64,000 bases of DNA from Mobula hypostoma (GCF_963921235.1 NC_086097.1:252280001-252344000), one strand, 5' to 3'. Shown: positions 48,731 to 62,598, counted from the stretch's first letter. A program made the numbers and translations. Notes: a model not told the origin generated them from the sequence alone.

Positions 48731-51010
48731 GAGAGAAACTGAGTTATTTTCTATACTGAGTAGAAAAGAATACATGACACTCCATGTGCTGTTTGCTCCT
48801 CTAGTGCAAATGAATTATTTAACCAAATAACATATAACAATTACAGCACGGAAACAGGCCATCTCGACCCTTCTAGTCCGTGCCAAACTCTTACTCTCAC
48901 CTAGTCCCACTGACCTGCACTCGGTCCATAACCCTCCATTCCTTTCCTGTCCATATATCTATCCAATTTAACTTTAAACGACAACATCGAACCTGCCTCA
49001 ACCACTTCTGCTGGAAGCTCGTTCCACACAGCGACCACTCTCTGAGTAAAGAAGTTCCCCTTCATGTTACCCCTAAACTTTTGCCCTTTAACTCTCAACT
49101 CATGTCCTCTTGTTTGAATCTCCCCCATTCTCAATGGAAAAAGCCTATCCACGTCAACTCTATCAATCCCCCTCATAATTTTAAACACCTCTATCAAGTC
49201 CCCCCTCAACCTTCTAAACTCCAAAGAATAAAGACCTAACTTAAACCATAGAAACTACAGCACAGAAACAGGCCTTTTGGCCCTTCTTGACTGTGCCGAA
49301 CCATTTTCTGCCTAGTCCCACTGACCTGCACACGGACAATATCCCTCCATACACCTCCCATCCATGTATCTGTCCAATTTATTCTTAAATGTTAAAAAAG
49401 AACCCGCATTTACCACCTCATCTGGCAGTTCATTCCATACTCCCACCACTCTCTGTGTGAAGAAGCCCCCCCTAACGTTCCCTTTAAACTTTTCCCCCCT
49501 CACCCTTAACCCTCTGGTTTTTTTCTCCCCTTGCCTCAGTGGAAAAAGCCTGCTTGCATTCACTCTATCTATACCCATCATAATTTTATATACCTCTATT
49601 AAATCTCCCCTCATTCTTCTACGCTCCAGGGAATAAAGTCATAACCTATTCAACCTTTCTCTGTAACTGAGTTTCTCAAGTCCTGGCAACATCCTTGTAA
49701 ACCTTCTCTGCACTCTTTCAACCTTATTAATATCATTCCTGTAATTTGGTGACCAAAACTGAACACAATACTCCAGATTCGGCCTCACCAATGCCTTATA
49801 CAACCTCATCATAACATTCTAGCTCTTATACTCAATACTTCGATTAATAAAGGCCAATGTACCAAAAGCTCTCTTTACGACCCTATCTACTTGTGACACC
49901 ACTTTTAGGGAATTTTGTATCTGTATTCCCAGATCCCTCTGTTCTACTGCACTCCTCAGTGCCTTACCATTAACCCTGTATGTTCTACCTTGGTTTGTCC
50001 TTCCAACGTGCAATACCTCACACTTGTCTGTATTAAACTCCATCTGCCATTTTTCAGCCCATTTTTACAGCTGGTCCAAGTCCCTCTGCAGGCTCTGAAA
50101 ACCTTCCTCACTGTCTACTACACCTCCAATCTTTATATCATCAGCAAATTTGCTGATCCAATTTACCACATTATCATCCAGATCATTGACAAATAACAGT
50201 GGTCTCAGCACTGATCCCTGTGGCACACCACTAGTCACAGGCCTCCACTCAGAGAAGCAATTCTCTACTACCACTCTTTGGCTTCTTCCATTGAGCCAAT
50301 GTCTAATCCAATTTACCACCTCTCCATGTATACCTAGCGATTGAATTTTTCTAACTAACCTCCCATGCAGGACCTTGTCAAAGGCAACTTGTTCAACCTT
50401 TCTCTGTAACTTAGGAGATGAAACCCAGGCAACATTTTAGTAAACCTCCTCTGTATTCTCTCAATTTTATTGACATCTTTCCTATAATTCGGTGACCAGA
50501 ACCGTACACAATACTCCAAATTTGGCCTTACCAATGACTTATACAATTTCAACATTACATCCCAACTCCTATAATCAATGCTCTGATTAATAAAGGCCAG
50601 CATACCAAAAGCTTTCTTCACCACCCTATCCACATGAGATTCCACCTTCAGGGAACTATGCACTATTATTCCTAGAGCCCTCTGTTCTACAGCATTCTTC
50701 AATGCCCTACCATTTACCATGTATGTCCTATTTTGATTAGTCCTACCAAAATATAGCACCTCACATTTTTCAGCATTAAACTCCATCTGCCATCTTTCAG
50801 CCCACTCTTCTAACTGGCCTAAATCTCTCTGCAATTTTGAAAACCTACTTCATTATCCACAACTCCACCTATCTTAGTATCATCTGCATACTTACTAATC
50901 CAATTTACCACCCCATCATCCAGATCATTAATATATATGACAAACAACATTGGACCCAGTACAGATCCCTGAGGCACACCGCTACACACCGTCCTCCAAT
51001 CTGACACACA
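46738..51010 (-). mobile_element. Chain of minus-strand CR1 copies (46738-48606, 48830-49242, 49243-50385, 50386-51010)
   Basis: Repeated MRGDLIEVYK, MEFNTDKCEVLH and SGVPQGSVL ORFs. The first and third copies are near-identical. Confidence 0.9.
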
Positions 51011-51487
51011 GTTCATTCCAATGTCTATCTCCATTTGGTAGTGTAAGGTCAGTGATCTGGTTTCAGTTCCTGCCCCTCTCTGTAAGGAGTTTGTAAGTTC
51101 TTCCTGTGACCATGTGGGTTTCCTCCTGGTGATCTGGTTACCTCCCACATTCCAAAGATATGCATAGAACGTAGAAGAGTATAGCACAGGAGCGGGCCAT
51201 TTGGCCCACAATGTTGAGCTAAGCAGCTAAAAAGCAAATAAAGAACACCCAAACACTACTCCCTGCTACGTACACAATATCAATATCTCTCCATCTGAGA
51301 TACTCTCTATCCAATCTATGTCTCTTATATTCTCGTAAACCTCTATCAGATCTCCCCTTAGCCTTCGATGCTCCAGAGAAAACAACCCATTTATCCAGCC
51401 TCTCCTGATAACACGTGCCCTCTAATCCAGGCAGCATCCGGGCAAACCTCTTCTGCACCCTCTCCAAAGCCTCAACATCCTTCCTAT

Positions 51488-52418
51488 GAGCCCTTGGCTC
51501 AAGAGGGTAGGGAAATGAAGAGGAGGGCAGGAGTAATATGGGACTCTCTAGTCAGGGAGACAGATAGGCGATTCTGTTGAAGTGAAAAAGAAATACAGAC
51601 AGTAGTTTGCTTCCCAGGTGTCAGGGTCTGTGATGTTTCTAAACGCATCCACAATATTCTGAAAAGGGAGGGTGAGCAGCCAGAAGTTGTGATACATTTT
51701 GGTACTAACGACATAGGTAGAAAAAGGGAGGAGGTCCTGAAAACAGAATACAGGGAGTTAGGAAGGAAACTGAGAAGAAGGACCTCAAGGGTAGTAGTCT
51801 CAGGACTGCTACCTGTGCTATGCAACGAGCATAGGAATTGGATGAGATGGCAGATAAATGCATGGCTGAAGGATTGGAACGGGGGCAAGGATTCAGATTC
51901 TGGATAATTGGGACCTCTTCTGGGGCAGGTGGGACCTGTACAAAAGGAATGGGTTGCACTTAAATTCAAGGGGGACCAATATCCTGGTGGGCAGGTTTAC
52001 TAGAGCTGTTGGGAGTGGTTTAAACTAATATAGTGGGGGATGGGAACCAGGATGACAGAGCTAAGGATGAGCCAGCAGGTTTAGAAGTAGATGATGGGTG
52101 TAACAAGAATGTAAGGAAGGACAAGCCAATGATTGGGTACAAATTCAGACAGAGCAAAGAGTTAAATTGTACCACAGAGGCAAAATTCAAAAGGGTGAAG
52201 AATACAGGACTGAAGTTGCTGTAATTAAATGCATGTAGCATTCGGAATAAAGTGGACAAACTTCTGGCGCAGTTAGAGATTGGTCAGTATGACGTTGAGG
52301 GCATCATTGAGTCCTGGCTGAAAGAAGGCCATAGTTGGGAGCTTAACAACAAAGGATATAGTTTCTATCGAAAGGACAGACAGGAAGGCATAGGCTGTGG
52401 TGCGGCTCTGTTGGTAGA
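51488..52418 (+). mobile_element. CR1 5' fragment (SGNH-esterase ORF1 and start of APE)
   Basis: WDSLVR..CFPG..HFGTNDIG..VVVSGLLP, followed by an NACSIRNKVD / IESWL remnant. Confidence 0.85.
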
Positions 52419-52419
52419 G

Positions 52420-55092
52420 ATTTTTTTTTTAACTCTTGGTATACCTTCGTATCTAATTTTCTTTTTGTATTTTTATCTCCTTGTTTAGAAAATTAAGGAT
52501 TGATTATTGGTAAGTTTTCTTTGTGTTAATACTTTCTAAGTAAATGTTTTGAACTTTCATATTTCTTTCTAATATTTTTATACTATAATTCTTTACGAGG
52601 TTTTGTTTAATATGTTTAATTTTGCTCTGTGTTTTGTTATGTCTTGTTAGAAGCAGTTTTGCCTTGAAATTTTTTTTTGGAGCTCAGCCAGTAGATTGTT
52701 TTGGGAGGGGTGGTAGGTTTAGTTGTCCACTGCCCTTTGGTTGATTTTCTCTCTTTGGGCAGCGGGGGGGTGGAGGGAGGTTTTCTTTTTCTCTATCAGC
52801 TGTTTGGTTCTCTTAGCTTCATTTGTTGCTTGGTTACTTTTTCTTAGAGCTTATTTGTTTGGATTTAATATATATTCCAGCAGTTTTTATTCAAACATTT
52901 CCTTTAAGCAATATTTAAAATGGACCATATTTCTAATTTACTTAGTTTTAATGTGAAAAGATTAAACCATCCTGTGAAACGTAATAAGGTATTTAATTAT
53001 ATTAAGAAATTGAATATCTCTATTATTTTTTTACAAGAAACACACGTTCGTAAATTTACGTTTTTTCAGACGTTGGAAGGGTTTATCTTTCCATTCCTCC
53101 TTTCAGGCTAAGGCAAGAGGAGGTTCAATTTTTATAGACAACTCAGTTTCTTTCGTTCAACATAATGTAGTGTCTGATACCAACGGGCATTTTGTTATAG
53201 TCTCTGGGAAATTAGATAATAAATTAATAGTTTTTGCTAATTTGTATGCCCCGAATATAGATGATTCAGGCTTTTTTGAACTTTTTTTTTGTTTTTTCCA
53301 GATCTAAGTTTATATTCTTTGATTTTAGGAGTAGACTTCAACTGTTGTTTAGATCCTGTTTTAGATCGTTCTTCTTCTAAACAATTAAATGTAGTAGATC
53401 TGCCTCCTTTATCCAACCTTTCCTAATGAAATGTTATATTGTTGATGTTTGGCGTTTTCTATATCCAACAGATAAAGAGTACTCATTTTTTTCTCATGTT
53501 CATCATACGTATTACAGGATTGATTATTTTTTTGTTGATAGCCAATTGATTCCATTAGTTTGATCCTGTGAATATAAAGAAATTGCTGTTTCAGATCATG
53601 CTCCTGTGTTTTTATTTTTAAATCTTCTGGGTATCTCCCAAATAAATAGATTCTGGTGTTTTAATACAACTCTGTTATCAGATAAAGATTTTTTTAATTT
53701 TTGGAGAGACACATTATTCTCTTTTTTGAAGAGAATATGCTAGAAAAGACTTCTAGTCTTATTTTATGGGATGCTTTTAAGGCCTATATTAGAGGTCAAA
53801 TTATTTCTTTTACCGCTAGTGTTAGGAGAAAAGCTAATAAGGATAGAATTGAATTAGTCAATCAGTTGAAACAATTAAACCAAAAATATGCTTTGGCTCC
53901 AGATCCTGTTTTATATAAAAGATGATCTGCTCTTAACTTATCCAATTGAAATGCAACTTTTAAAAGATAAAAGCCAGTTTTATGTTCATGGAGATAAAAC
54001 GGGTAAACTATTAGCTAACCAATTAAAGACCTTTATAGTTAAACGTCAAATTAAAGAAATTTGTAAAGCTAATAGTGATAAAACATCTGATCATTTAAAA
54101 ATAAATGATGCTTTCAGAGAATTCGACTCTAACCTTTATAGTTCTGATCCTCCTAAAGACAACACTCTAACTGAATAATTTTTTAGATTGATTAAACATT
54201 TTCTGATGATATTCAAAAATTGTTGGATCAACCTATTCCCTATGAGGAAATTGCTGAGGTTGTTCATTCTTTGCACATGGGGAAAGCTCCTGGTCCTGAT
54301 AGATTTTCTGGAGAGTTTTATAAGGCTTTTTCCTCTTTGTTTATACCATACCTCATTTTTAGTTTGTCCTTTCTGACTCTTTTAAATTAGGTAAGTTGCC
54401 ACCATCTTTTTATGAAGCCTCTATTTCGCTTATTCTTAAAAAGAATAAGGACCCAATTGAATGTTCTTCTTATAGACCTATTTCCTTACTTAATGTTGAT
54501 ACTAAAATTTTATTTAAAGTTTTGGCTCATAGGATTGAAAATATTTTGCCATCTATTATCTCTGATGATCAAACTGGATTTATCAAAAATCGATACTCCC
54601 ACTTTAATATTCGTTGTTTGTTGAAAGTTATTTATTCCCCTTCTGAAGAGATTTCGGAATGTGTGATATCCTTAGATGCTGAGAAAGCCTTTGATCGGGT
54701 TGAATGGAATTATTTATTTAAAACTTTAGAAAAATTTAACTTTGGGCCCAATTTTATTCAATGGATTAAACTACTTTATTTATCTCCTTCTGCTCAGATT
54801 CTTACTAACTCTGAGTACTCTAAACCATTCAAACTTTATCACGGAACTAGACAATTCTCTCCTTATTAGCTTTTTTCCTAACACTAGCGGTAAAAGAAAT
54901 AATTTGACCTCTAATATAAGCCTTAAAAGCATCCCATAAAATAAGACTAGAAGTCTCTTCTAGCGTATTCTCTCCAAAAAAGAGAATAATGTGTCTCTTC
55001 AAAAATTAAAAAAAATCTTTATCTGGTAACAGAGTTGTATTAAAATGCCAGAATCTATTTATTTGGGAGATACCCAGAAGATTGAAAGAAAA
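52420..55092 (+). mobile_element. Decayed L1 (inter-ORF region and ORF2 up to GTRQ), followed by an inverted copy of its own internal segment
   Basis: SFNVK.LNHP, FLQETH, SDH, YRPISLLN and DAEKAFD. 54851-55092 is the reverse complement of about 53610-53851. Confidence 0.88.
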
Positions 55093-55230
55093 TGCTGGGG
55101 GTTAACCTCGCGATCGACTGGCGTCCTATCCTGAGGGGACTCTCAGTCACTTCACGCCACAGAAACCGGCAGAAGCACTGGCCTGATGGGCTTATAAAGC
55201 TCAGGACAGACTTTAATTTGAACTTTAACT
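55092..55230 (+). mobile_element. 3' half of the SINE family seen at 1471-1757
   Basis: atgctgggggttaacc..gactggcgtcctatcc..cttcacgccacagaaaccggc..ctgatgggc..gacagactttaa is shared with the first copy. Confidence 0.8.
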
Positions 55231-55944
55231 CGACCCTACTCCTTCTGTCAGTAGAAATGGATCCCCCGGGCTTAGTAGCTAAGCCACACATGAAGACCCA
55301 GAGCTGGACTTGGTTGTCAGAGGCTATTTGAGGTGCTCATTCATTGGGAGCATTTAATAGAAAGTGGGAACTACCATCTCCCCCTCCCCTTCTGGCTAAG
55401 GCAACCAGAAAGAAGCCTCTAAATGATAGGATGTGAAATTACTTGTTTTGAGGTAGCACCACAATGCAGACATAAAACTAAAATACATTACAAAATAAAT
55501 CAACAATGAAGCTAAAAGAGAACAGTGAGGTAGTGTTTATGGACTGTCCAGAAATCCAGCAGTGGTGGTGAAGAAGCTGTTGCTGAGGTGCTGAGTGTGT
55601 ATCTTCGGGCTTCTCTACTGCCTGTCTGAGAAGACGGCATATCCTGGGCGAGGTTCCGTAATGATGGACGCCACGTTTTTGAGGCATCACCTCTCGGAGA
55701 TGTCCTCGCTGGTGGGAAGGGTTGTGCCCATGGTGGTCTGGCTGAGTCTACACACTGTGCAGCCTCTCGTGAGCCTGTGTATTGGATTGTCCTTACCAGA
55801 CAGTGCTGCGATCAGCTGGAAAGCTCTCCACTGTGTCTCTGTAGAAATCTGCAAGAGTCTTAGATGACATATCAAACTCTTAATGAAGCAGAGGCAATGT
55901 GTTGGGCCAGGACATATCGGCTGAGATGTTGACACATGGGAGTA

Positions 55945-56325
55945 CAACCCTGCTGTGGATTTTCCATGTGGCAATGGGCAGGGACCTCCAAGAGGACCAA
56001 ACCCTTCTCGTAGAGATTGGAGGTTTGTGTGCCTCAATGACGCAGAGAGCTATGCTGGCTGGAGTCACAGCTTTATGCTTCGGCTCCTGGTAAGGTCACC
56101 CATGCCAAGCAGGTCAAAGGGGAGAGGCCAGACTAAAGTAGTCCTCTCGTCCTCCATGTTTGAGAGTTCAGCTCAGGGCTAACAACCCTGAATGGTCAAA
56201 CAAAACTGTTACGGAAACAGCAATGAAGAATCCTTCTACTTCTGAGTATGACGGGACAACCAAGGACAGATATATAAAGGGCCTTTATTGCTGCCCTAAA
56301 CACCAACAAGCGTAATGGGCTGTAG
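55945..56325 (+). mobile_element. Short non-coding RTE-derived element
   Basis: gagctatgc..ctcctggtaaggtcacccatg..aggtcaa core shared with 32646-33070, and a 3' end of gcctttattgctgccctaaac..cgtaatgggc. Confidence 0.55.
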
Positions 56326-59216
56326 GAGACGTCTTCGTGGTTACCATAATTGGATTTGCCACCTTTCCTGAAGATCAAAGGTCAAAGTTCAAAGTACATT
56401 TATTATCAAAATATGTATAAATTATACAACCTTGAGATTCATCTCTTTACAGGCAGCCACAAAACAAGAAACTTGAAAAGAACCCTTTAAAAAAATCAAA
56501 GTGCTGAGGAGTTTCAACAGTTCAGAAAAGGAGCGTCGGCTGATTCACAACAAATCAGCGCTGAAGTTAAACAAATAGGTACGAAATTAGATGATATTCA
56601 AGAAACTCTAACCGAGCTTGATAAGAAGATAAAGGAACATGAAGAGGTTATTACTATACTGGATGAGAAAATGGATGGTTTGCAAAAGCTGTATGAAAAA
56701 CAATCCAAGTCCAACGAAACACTGAGACAGATGATTATTGATTTGGAAAACAGAAGTAGGAGGAACGACTTACAAATCTTGGGACTTAAAGAGAAAACGG
56801 AAGGAGATAGTCCTAAAGAATTATTTGCAAACCTTTTGTTGGAATTATTCCCTGATATTATAAAGTCTTTGCCTTTGATTGATCGTGCTCACAGATCACC
56901 TATCTACGGATCGACTTCAAAATGCAAACCAAGATCAGTCATTATATGTTTCCATGAATTTCAAATAAAGGACTGTCTGATTCGTGATGCCCGAGGAAAA
57001 GGTATGATTGACTACCAAGATCAAAAGATTCGTATTGTTGAAGATTTTTCATCAGAAGTTATGGCAGAACGTGTTAAGTTTAAAAAAGTTATGGTGGAGC
57101 TATACAGCCAAAATGTTAAGCCTTCTCTTCATTTTCCAGCTCGACTGAGAATCACAATGGAAGATGGATCATTTAAATGGTTTTGTACGAAGGAGCAGGC
57201 GCAAGAATTTTTAGACTCAAAAAATGACTGTATAGGATAGATTAAAAATCTTGCAAAAACAGAAATACTATATATTAAAAAATGACTGTTTAATATTTTT
57301 CTGTATGAATAATTGCTCTTTCTGTTTGATAAACCTGTCTAAGCTTGTTTTTTTTTTACTGTGTATTATTTAGTCTTGGTTGAAACAGTAAATAACCTTG
57401 AATTCTTTGGAGCGGTTCCAACAGGCTTTCTAAGGGGATGTTTTCAGTGGGGGTAGATAGCGGTTGTTCTTTGACTGATTTTCTCTCTTTGGGAGGAGGG
57501 AGGGGGATGGGGAGTTCTTTTTTCTTGAAGCTGATTTGGGAATCTAGTCAATTCTGTTGTTTAGCTAATATATCTCAAGGTATATTATTTAGGTTTAATA
57601 TACATTTCTCTGATTGCTACTTTAAACTTTCTTATAAATAGTTTTAAAATGGATCAAGTATTAATTTACTTAGTTTTAACATGAAAGGGCTAAATCACCC
57701 CGTGAAAAGAAATAAGATTTTTGCCTATATTAAAAAACTCAAGGTACCAATTGTTTCTCTTCAAGAAACCCATGTACGTAAGTGTGACAATTCACGCCTT
57801 TTTAATCAATGGAGAGAATCTTCTTTCCATTCCTCATTTCAGGCCAAAGCCAGAGGAGTTTTGATTCTAATAGATACTAAAGTTCCCTTTGTCTAACATA
57901 AAATAATTTCTGATACTAATGGGCATTTTGTTATAGTATCAGGGAAACTAAATAACAAACTAATGGTATTTGCCAATGTGTATGCTCCGAATATAGATGG
58001 CCCAGGTTTCTTTGAGCGTTTTTTTTTCATTTTTGCCAGATCTAAGTCTGTACTCATTGGTGATGGGTGGAGACTTTAATTGTTGCTTAAATCCAGCTTT
58101 AGGTCATTCATCTTCTAAACTAATGATATCAAATAAATCAGTTGTGTTTATTAAATCTTTTTAAATGAAATGTGGTATTGTTGATGCTTGGTGTTTTTTT
58201 CATCCGGTAGACAAGGAATATTGGTTTTTCTCTCATGTCCATCATACATATTCCAGGATTGATTATTTTTTTATTGATAGCCAAATGATTCCATCAGTTT
58301 GATCCTGTGAATATAAAGAGGTTGCTGTCTCAGATCACGCTCCTGTGCTCCTACCTTTAAATCTCCCTGGTCTTCTTCAAACAAATAGGTTTTGGTGATT
58401 TAATTTAACTTTGTTATCTGATAAAGATTTTTAAAAGTTTATGGAGAGACAAATTACTTTTTTTTGAAGAGAATACGTTAGAGGAGACTTCTAGTCTTAT
58501 CAGATGGGATGCCTTTAAGGTGTATATTAGAGGACAAATTATTTCTTATACTGCAAGTATTAAGAAAAAAGCTAATAAAGGGAGAAGTGATTTAGCTAAT
58601 CAGCTGAAATAATTAGACCAAGAGTATGCCTTGGCTCCAGAACCTGCCTTATGTAAAAGACGTGTTGAAACCAAATCTAAATATGATCTCCTTTTAACCT
58701 ATCCAATTGAAACCCAACTCCTAAAAGATAAAAGTCAATTTTATATTCATGGAGATAAAACAGGTAAATTATTGGCTGATAAAATTAAAACCTTTATAGC
58801 TAAACAGCAGATTAAAGAAATATGCAAAGCTAATGGTGATAGGACAACTGATTTTTGTGAATTTTATTCTAAGCTCTATAGTTCTGAATCTTCTAAGGAT
58901 AACACTGTAATGAACAATTTTTAGACCAACTAAACATTCTTACAATTTCTGCTGACAACAGAAAGTTGCTGGAACAACCTATTTCTTTTGAGGAAATTGT
59001 TGAGGCTGTGCGCTCATTACGTTTGAGGAAAGCTCTGGGTCCAGATGAATTTTCTGGAGAATTTTACAAGCTCTTTTCCTCATTGCTTATATCTCATTTA
59101 TGTTCAGTTTTTTCAGATTCATTCAAATTGGGCGGACTCCCTCAATCTTTTTATGAGGCTTCCATTTCACTTATCCTTAAAAAGAATAAGGATCCAACTA
59201 AATGCTCTCTTATAGA

Positions 59217-59739
59217 AACATAGAAACATAGAAAATAGGTGCAGGAGTAGGCCATTCGGCCCTTCGAGCCTGCACCGCCATTTATTATGATCATGGCTGA
59301 TCATCCAACTCAGAACCCAGCCTTCCCTCCATACCCCCTGACCCCTGTAGCCACAAGGGCCATATCTAACTTCCTTTTAAACATAGCTAATGAACTGGCC
59401 TCAACAGTTTGCTGTGGCAGAGAATTCCACAGATTCACCACTCTCTGTGTGAAGAAGTTTTTCCTAACCTCGGTCCTAAAAGGCTTCCCCTCTATCCTCA
59501 AACTGTGACCCCTCGTTCTAGACCTCCCCAACATCGGGAACAATCTTCCTGCATCTAGCCTGTCCAATCCCTTTAGGATCTTATACGTTTCAATCAGATC
59601 CCCCCTCAATCTTCTAAATTCCAACGAGTACAAGCCCAGTTCATCCAGTCTTTCTTCATATGAAAGACCTGCCATCCCAGGAATCAATCTGGTGAACCTT
59701 CTTTGTACTCCCTCTATGGCAAAGATGTCTTTCCTCAGA
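59217..59739 (-). mobile_element. Young CR1 3' fragment in L1 ORF2, about 7-bp TSD
   Basis: ORF 59310-59750. ttataga occurs at 59210-59216 and 59740-59746. Confidence 0.9.
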
Positions 59740-60807
59740 TTATAGACCAACTCCTTTACTTAACGTTGATACTAAGATCCTATCTAAAGTTTTGGCCCAT
59801 AGGATTGAAGATATTTTACCATCTGTCATTTCCAATAACCAAACTGGCTTTATCAAAAATCGATATTCTCACTTCAATATTCATCGGTTACTAACTGTTA
59901 TTTATTCTCCTTCTAACATGATATCGGATTGTGTGGTATCCCTAGATGCTGAGAAAGCTTTTGACAGAGTTGAATGGAATTATTTATTTAAAACTTTAGA
60001 AATATTCAGTTTTGGTCCCGTTTTCATTCAATGGATTAAATTACTTTATTTAGCTCCTTCCGCTAGGGTTATCATTAATTCTCATAATTCCAAACCATTT
60101 AGTTTCAATGTGGCACTAGACAAGATTGTCCATTGTGCCCTTTGCTTTTCGATCTGGCCTTAGAACCTTTAGCCATTGCCTTTGGAGAATCTAATGATAT
60201 TAGTATTTTAAGGAGAGACACTATTCACAAAGTCTCGCTGTACACTGATGATCTGCTGCTATTTATTTCTGATGTTGAGACTTCGTTACCGCATGTGCTT
60301 TCTTTACTCTCCTGTTTTAGCCAGTTGTCAGGTTATAAATTAAACTTACATAAAAGTGAACTTTTCCCTTGAATAATTTGATACCAACAAATTCTAACCT
60401 TCCTTTTAAAACTGTAAGAAACCAATTTACCTACTTAGGTGTAACAATTACTAAAAACTATAAGCATCTATTTAAAGAAAAATTTCTTACCCTATTGAAT
60501 CACGTAAAAAGGATACTATCAAATTGGTCGCCTCTTTTGTTATCACTGATTGGCTGAAATAATTCTATTAAAATGAATATATTACCTAAATTTATACATC
60601 TTTTTCAGGCATTGCCTGCTTTTATTCCTAAATCTTTCTTTGATTCTCTTGACTCTAGTATATAGTCTTATATATGGAAGAATAAGCGTTCTAGATTAAA
60701 TAAAATTCATCTTCAGAAAGATAAAAAGAATGGAGGATTAGCCTTACCAAACTTTAGATTTTATTATTGGGCAGTTAATATAGAAATCTTACATTTTGGT
60801 TATATTA

Positions 60808-62598
60808 AGAAAGAAAGAAAGAAAGAAAGAAAATAGGTGCAGGAGTAGGCCATTTGGCCCTTCGAGCCTGCACCGCCATTTATTATGATCATGGCTGATC
60901 ATCCAACTCAGAACCCTGCCCCAGCCTTCCCTCCATACCCCCTGACCCCTGTAGCCACAAGGGCCATATCTAACTCCCTCTTAAACATAGCCAATGAACT
61001 GGCCTCAACAGTTTGCTGTGGCAGAGAATTCCACAGATTCACCACTCTCTGTGTGAAGAAGTTTTTCCTAATCTCGGTCCTAAAAGGCTTCCCCTCTATC
61101 CTCAAACTGTGACCCCTCGTTCTGGACTTCCCCAACATCGGGAACAATCTTCCTGCATCTAGCCTGTCCAATCCCTTTAGGATCTTCTACGTTTCAATCA
61201 GATCCCCCCTCAATCTTCTAAATTCCAACGAGTACAAGCCCAGTTCATCCAGTCTTTCTTCATATGAAAGTCCTGCCATCCCAGGAATCAATCTGGTGAA
61301 CCTTCTTTGTACTCCCTCTATGGCAAAGATGTCTTTCCTCAGATTAGGGGACCAAAACTGCACACAATACTCCAGGTGTGGTCTCACCAAGGCCTTGTAC
61401 AACTGCAGTAGTACCTCCATGCTCCTGTACTCGAATCCTCTCGCTATAAATGCCAGCATACCATTCACCTTTTTCACCGCCTGCTGTACCTGCATGCCCA
61501 CTTTCAATGACTGGTGTATAATGACACCCAGGTCTCGTTGCACCTCCCCTTTTCCTAATCGGCCACCATTCAGATAATAATCTGTTTTCCTATTTTTGCC
61601 ACCAAAGTGGATAACTTCACATTTATCCACATTAAATTGCATCTGCCATGAGTTTGCCCACTCACCCAACCTATCCAAGTCACCCTGCATCCTCTTAGCA
61701 TCCTCCTCACTGCTAACACTGCCACCCAGCTTCGTGTCATCTGCAAACTTGGAGATGCTGCATTTAATTCCCTCATCCAAGTCATTAATATAGATTGTAA
61801 ACAACTGGGGTCCCAGCACTGAGCCTTGCGGTACCCCACTAGTCACCGCCTGCCATTCTGAAAAGGTCCCGTTTATTCCCACTCTTTGCTTCCTGTCTGC
61901 TAACCAATTCTCCACCCACACCAATACCTTACTCCCAATACCGTGTGCTTTAAGTTTGCACACTAATCTCCTGTGTGGGACCTTGTCAAAAGCCTTTTGA
62001 AAATCCAAATATACCACATCCACTGGTTCTCCCCTATCCACTCTACTTGTTACATCCTCAAAAAATTCTATGAGATTCGTCAGACATGATTTTCCTTTCA
62101 CAAATCCATGCTGACTTTGTCCGATCATTTCACCGCTTTCCAAATGTGCTGTTATCACATCCTTGATAACTGACTCCAGCAGTTTCCCCACCACCGACGT
62201 TAGGCTAACCGGTCTATAATTCCCCGGTTTCTCTCTCCCTTCTTTTTTAAAAAGTGGGGTTACATTAGCCACCCTCCAATCCTCAGGAACTAGTCCAGAA
62301 TCTAACGAGTTTTGAAAAATTATCACTAATGCATCCACTATTTCTTGGGCTACTTCCTTAAGCACGCTAGGATGCAGACCATCTGGCCCTGGGGATTTAT
62401 CTGCCTTCAATCCCTCCAATTTACCTAACACCACTTCCCTACTAACATGTATTTCACTCAGTTCCTCCATCTCACTGGACCCTCTGTCCCTTACTATTTC
62501 TGGAAGATTATTTATGTCCTCCTTAGTGAAGACAGAACCAAAGTAATTATTCAATTGGTCTGCCATGTCCTTGCTCCCCATAATCAATTCACCTGTTT
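60808..62598 (-). mobile_element. Young 5'-truncated CR1 with a nearly intact RT, inside L1 ORF2
   Basis: 466-aa open ORF 61187-62587 (KSPGPDG, QHGF, DFQKAFD, SGVPQG, KFADD) and a (TTTC)n tail. Confidence 0.93.
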
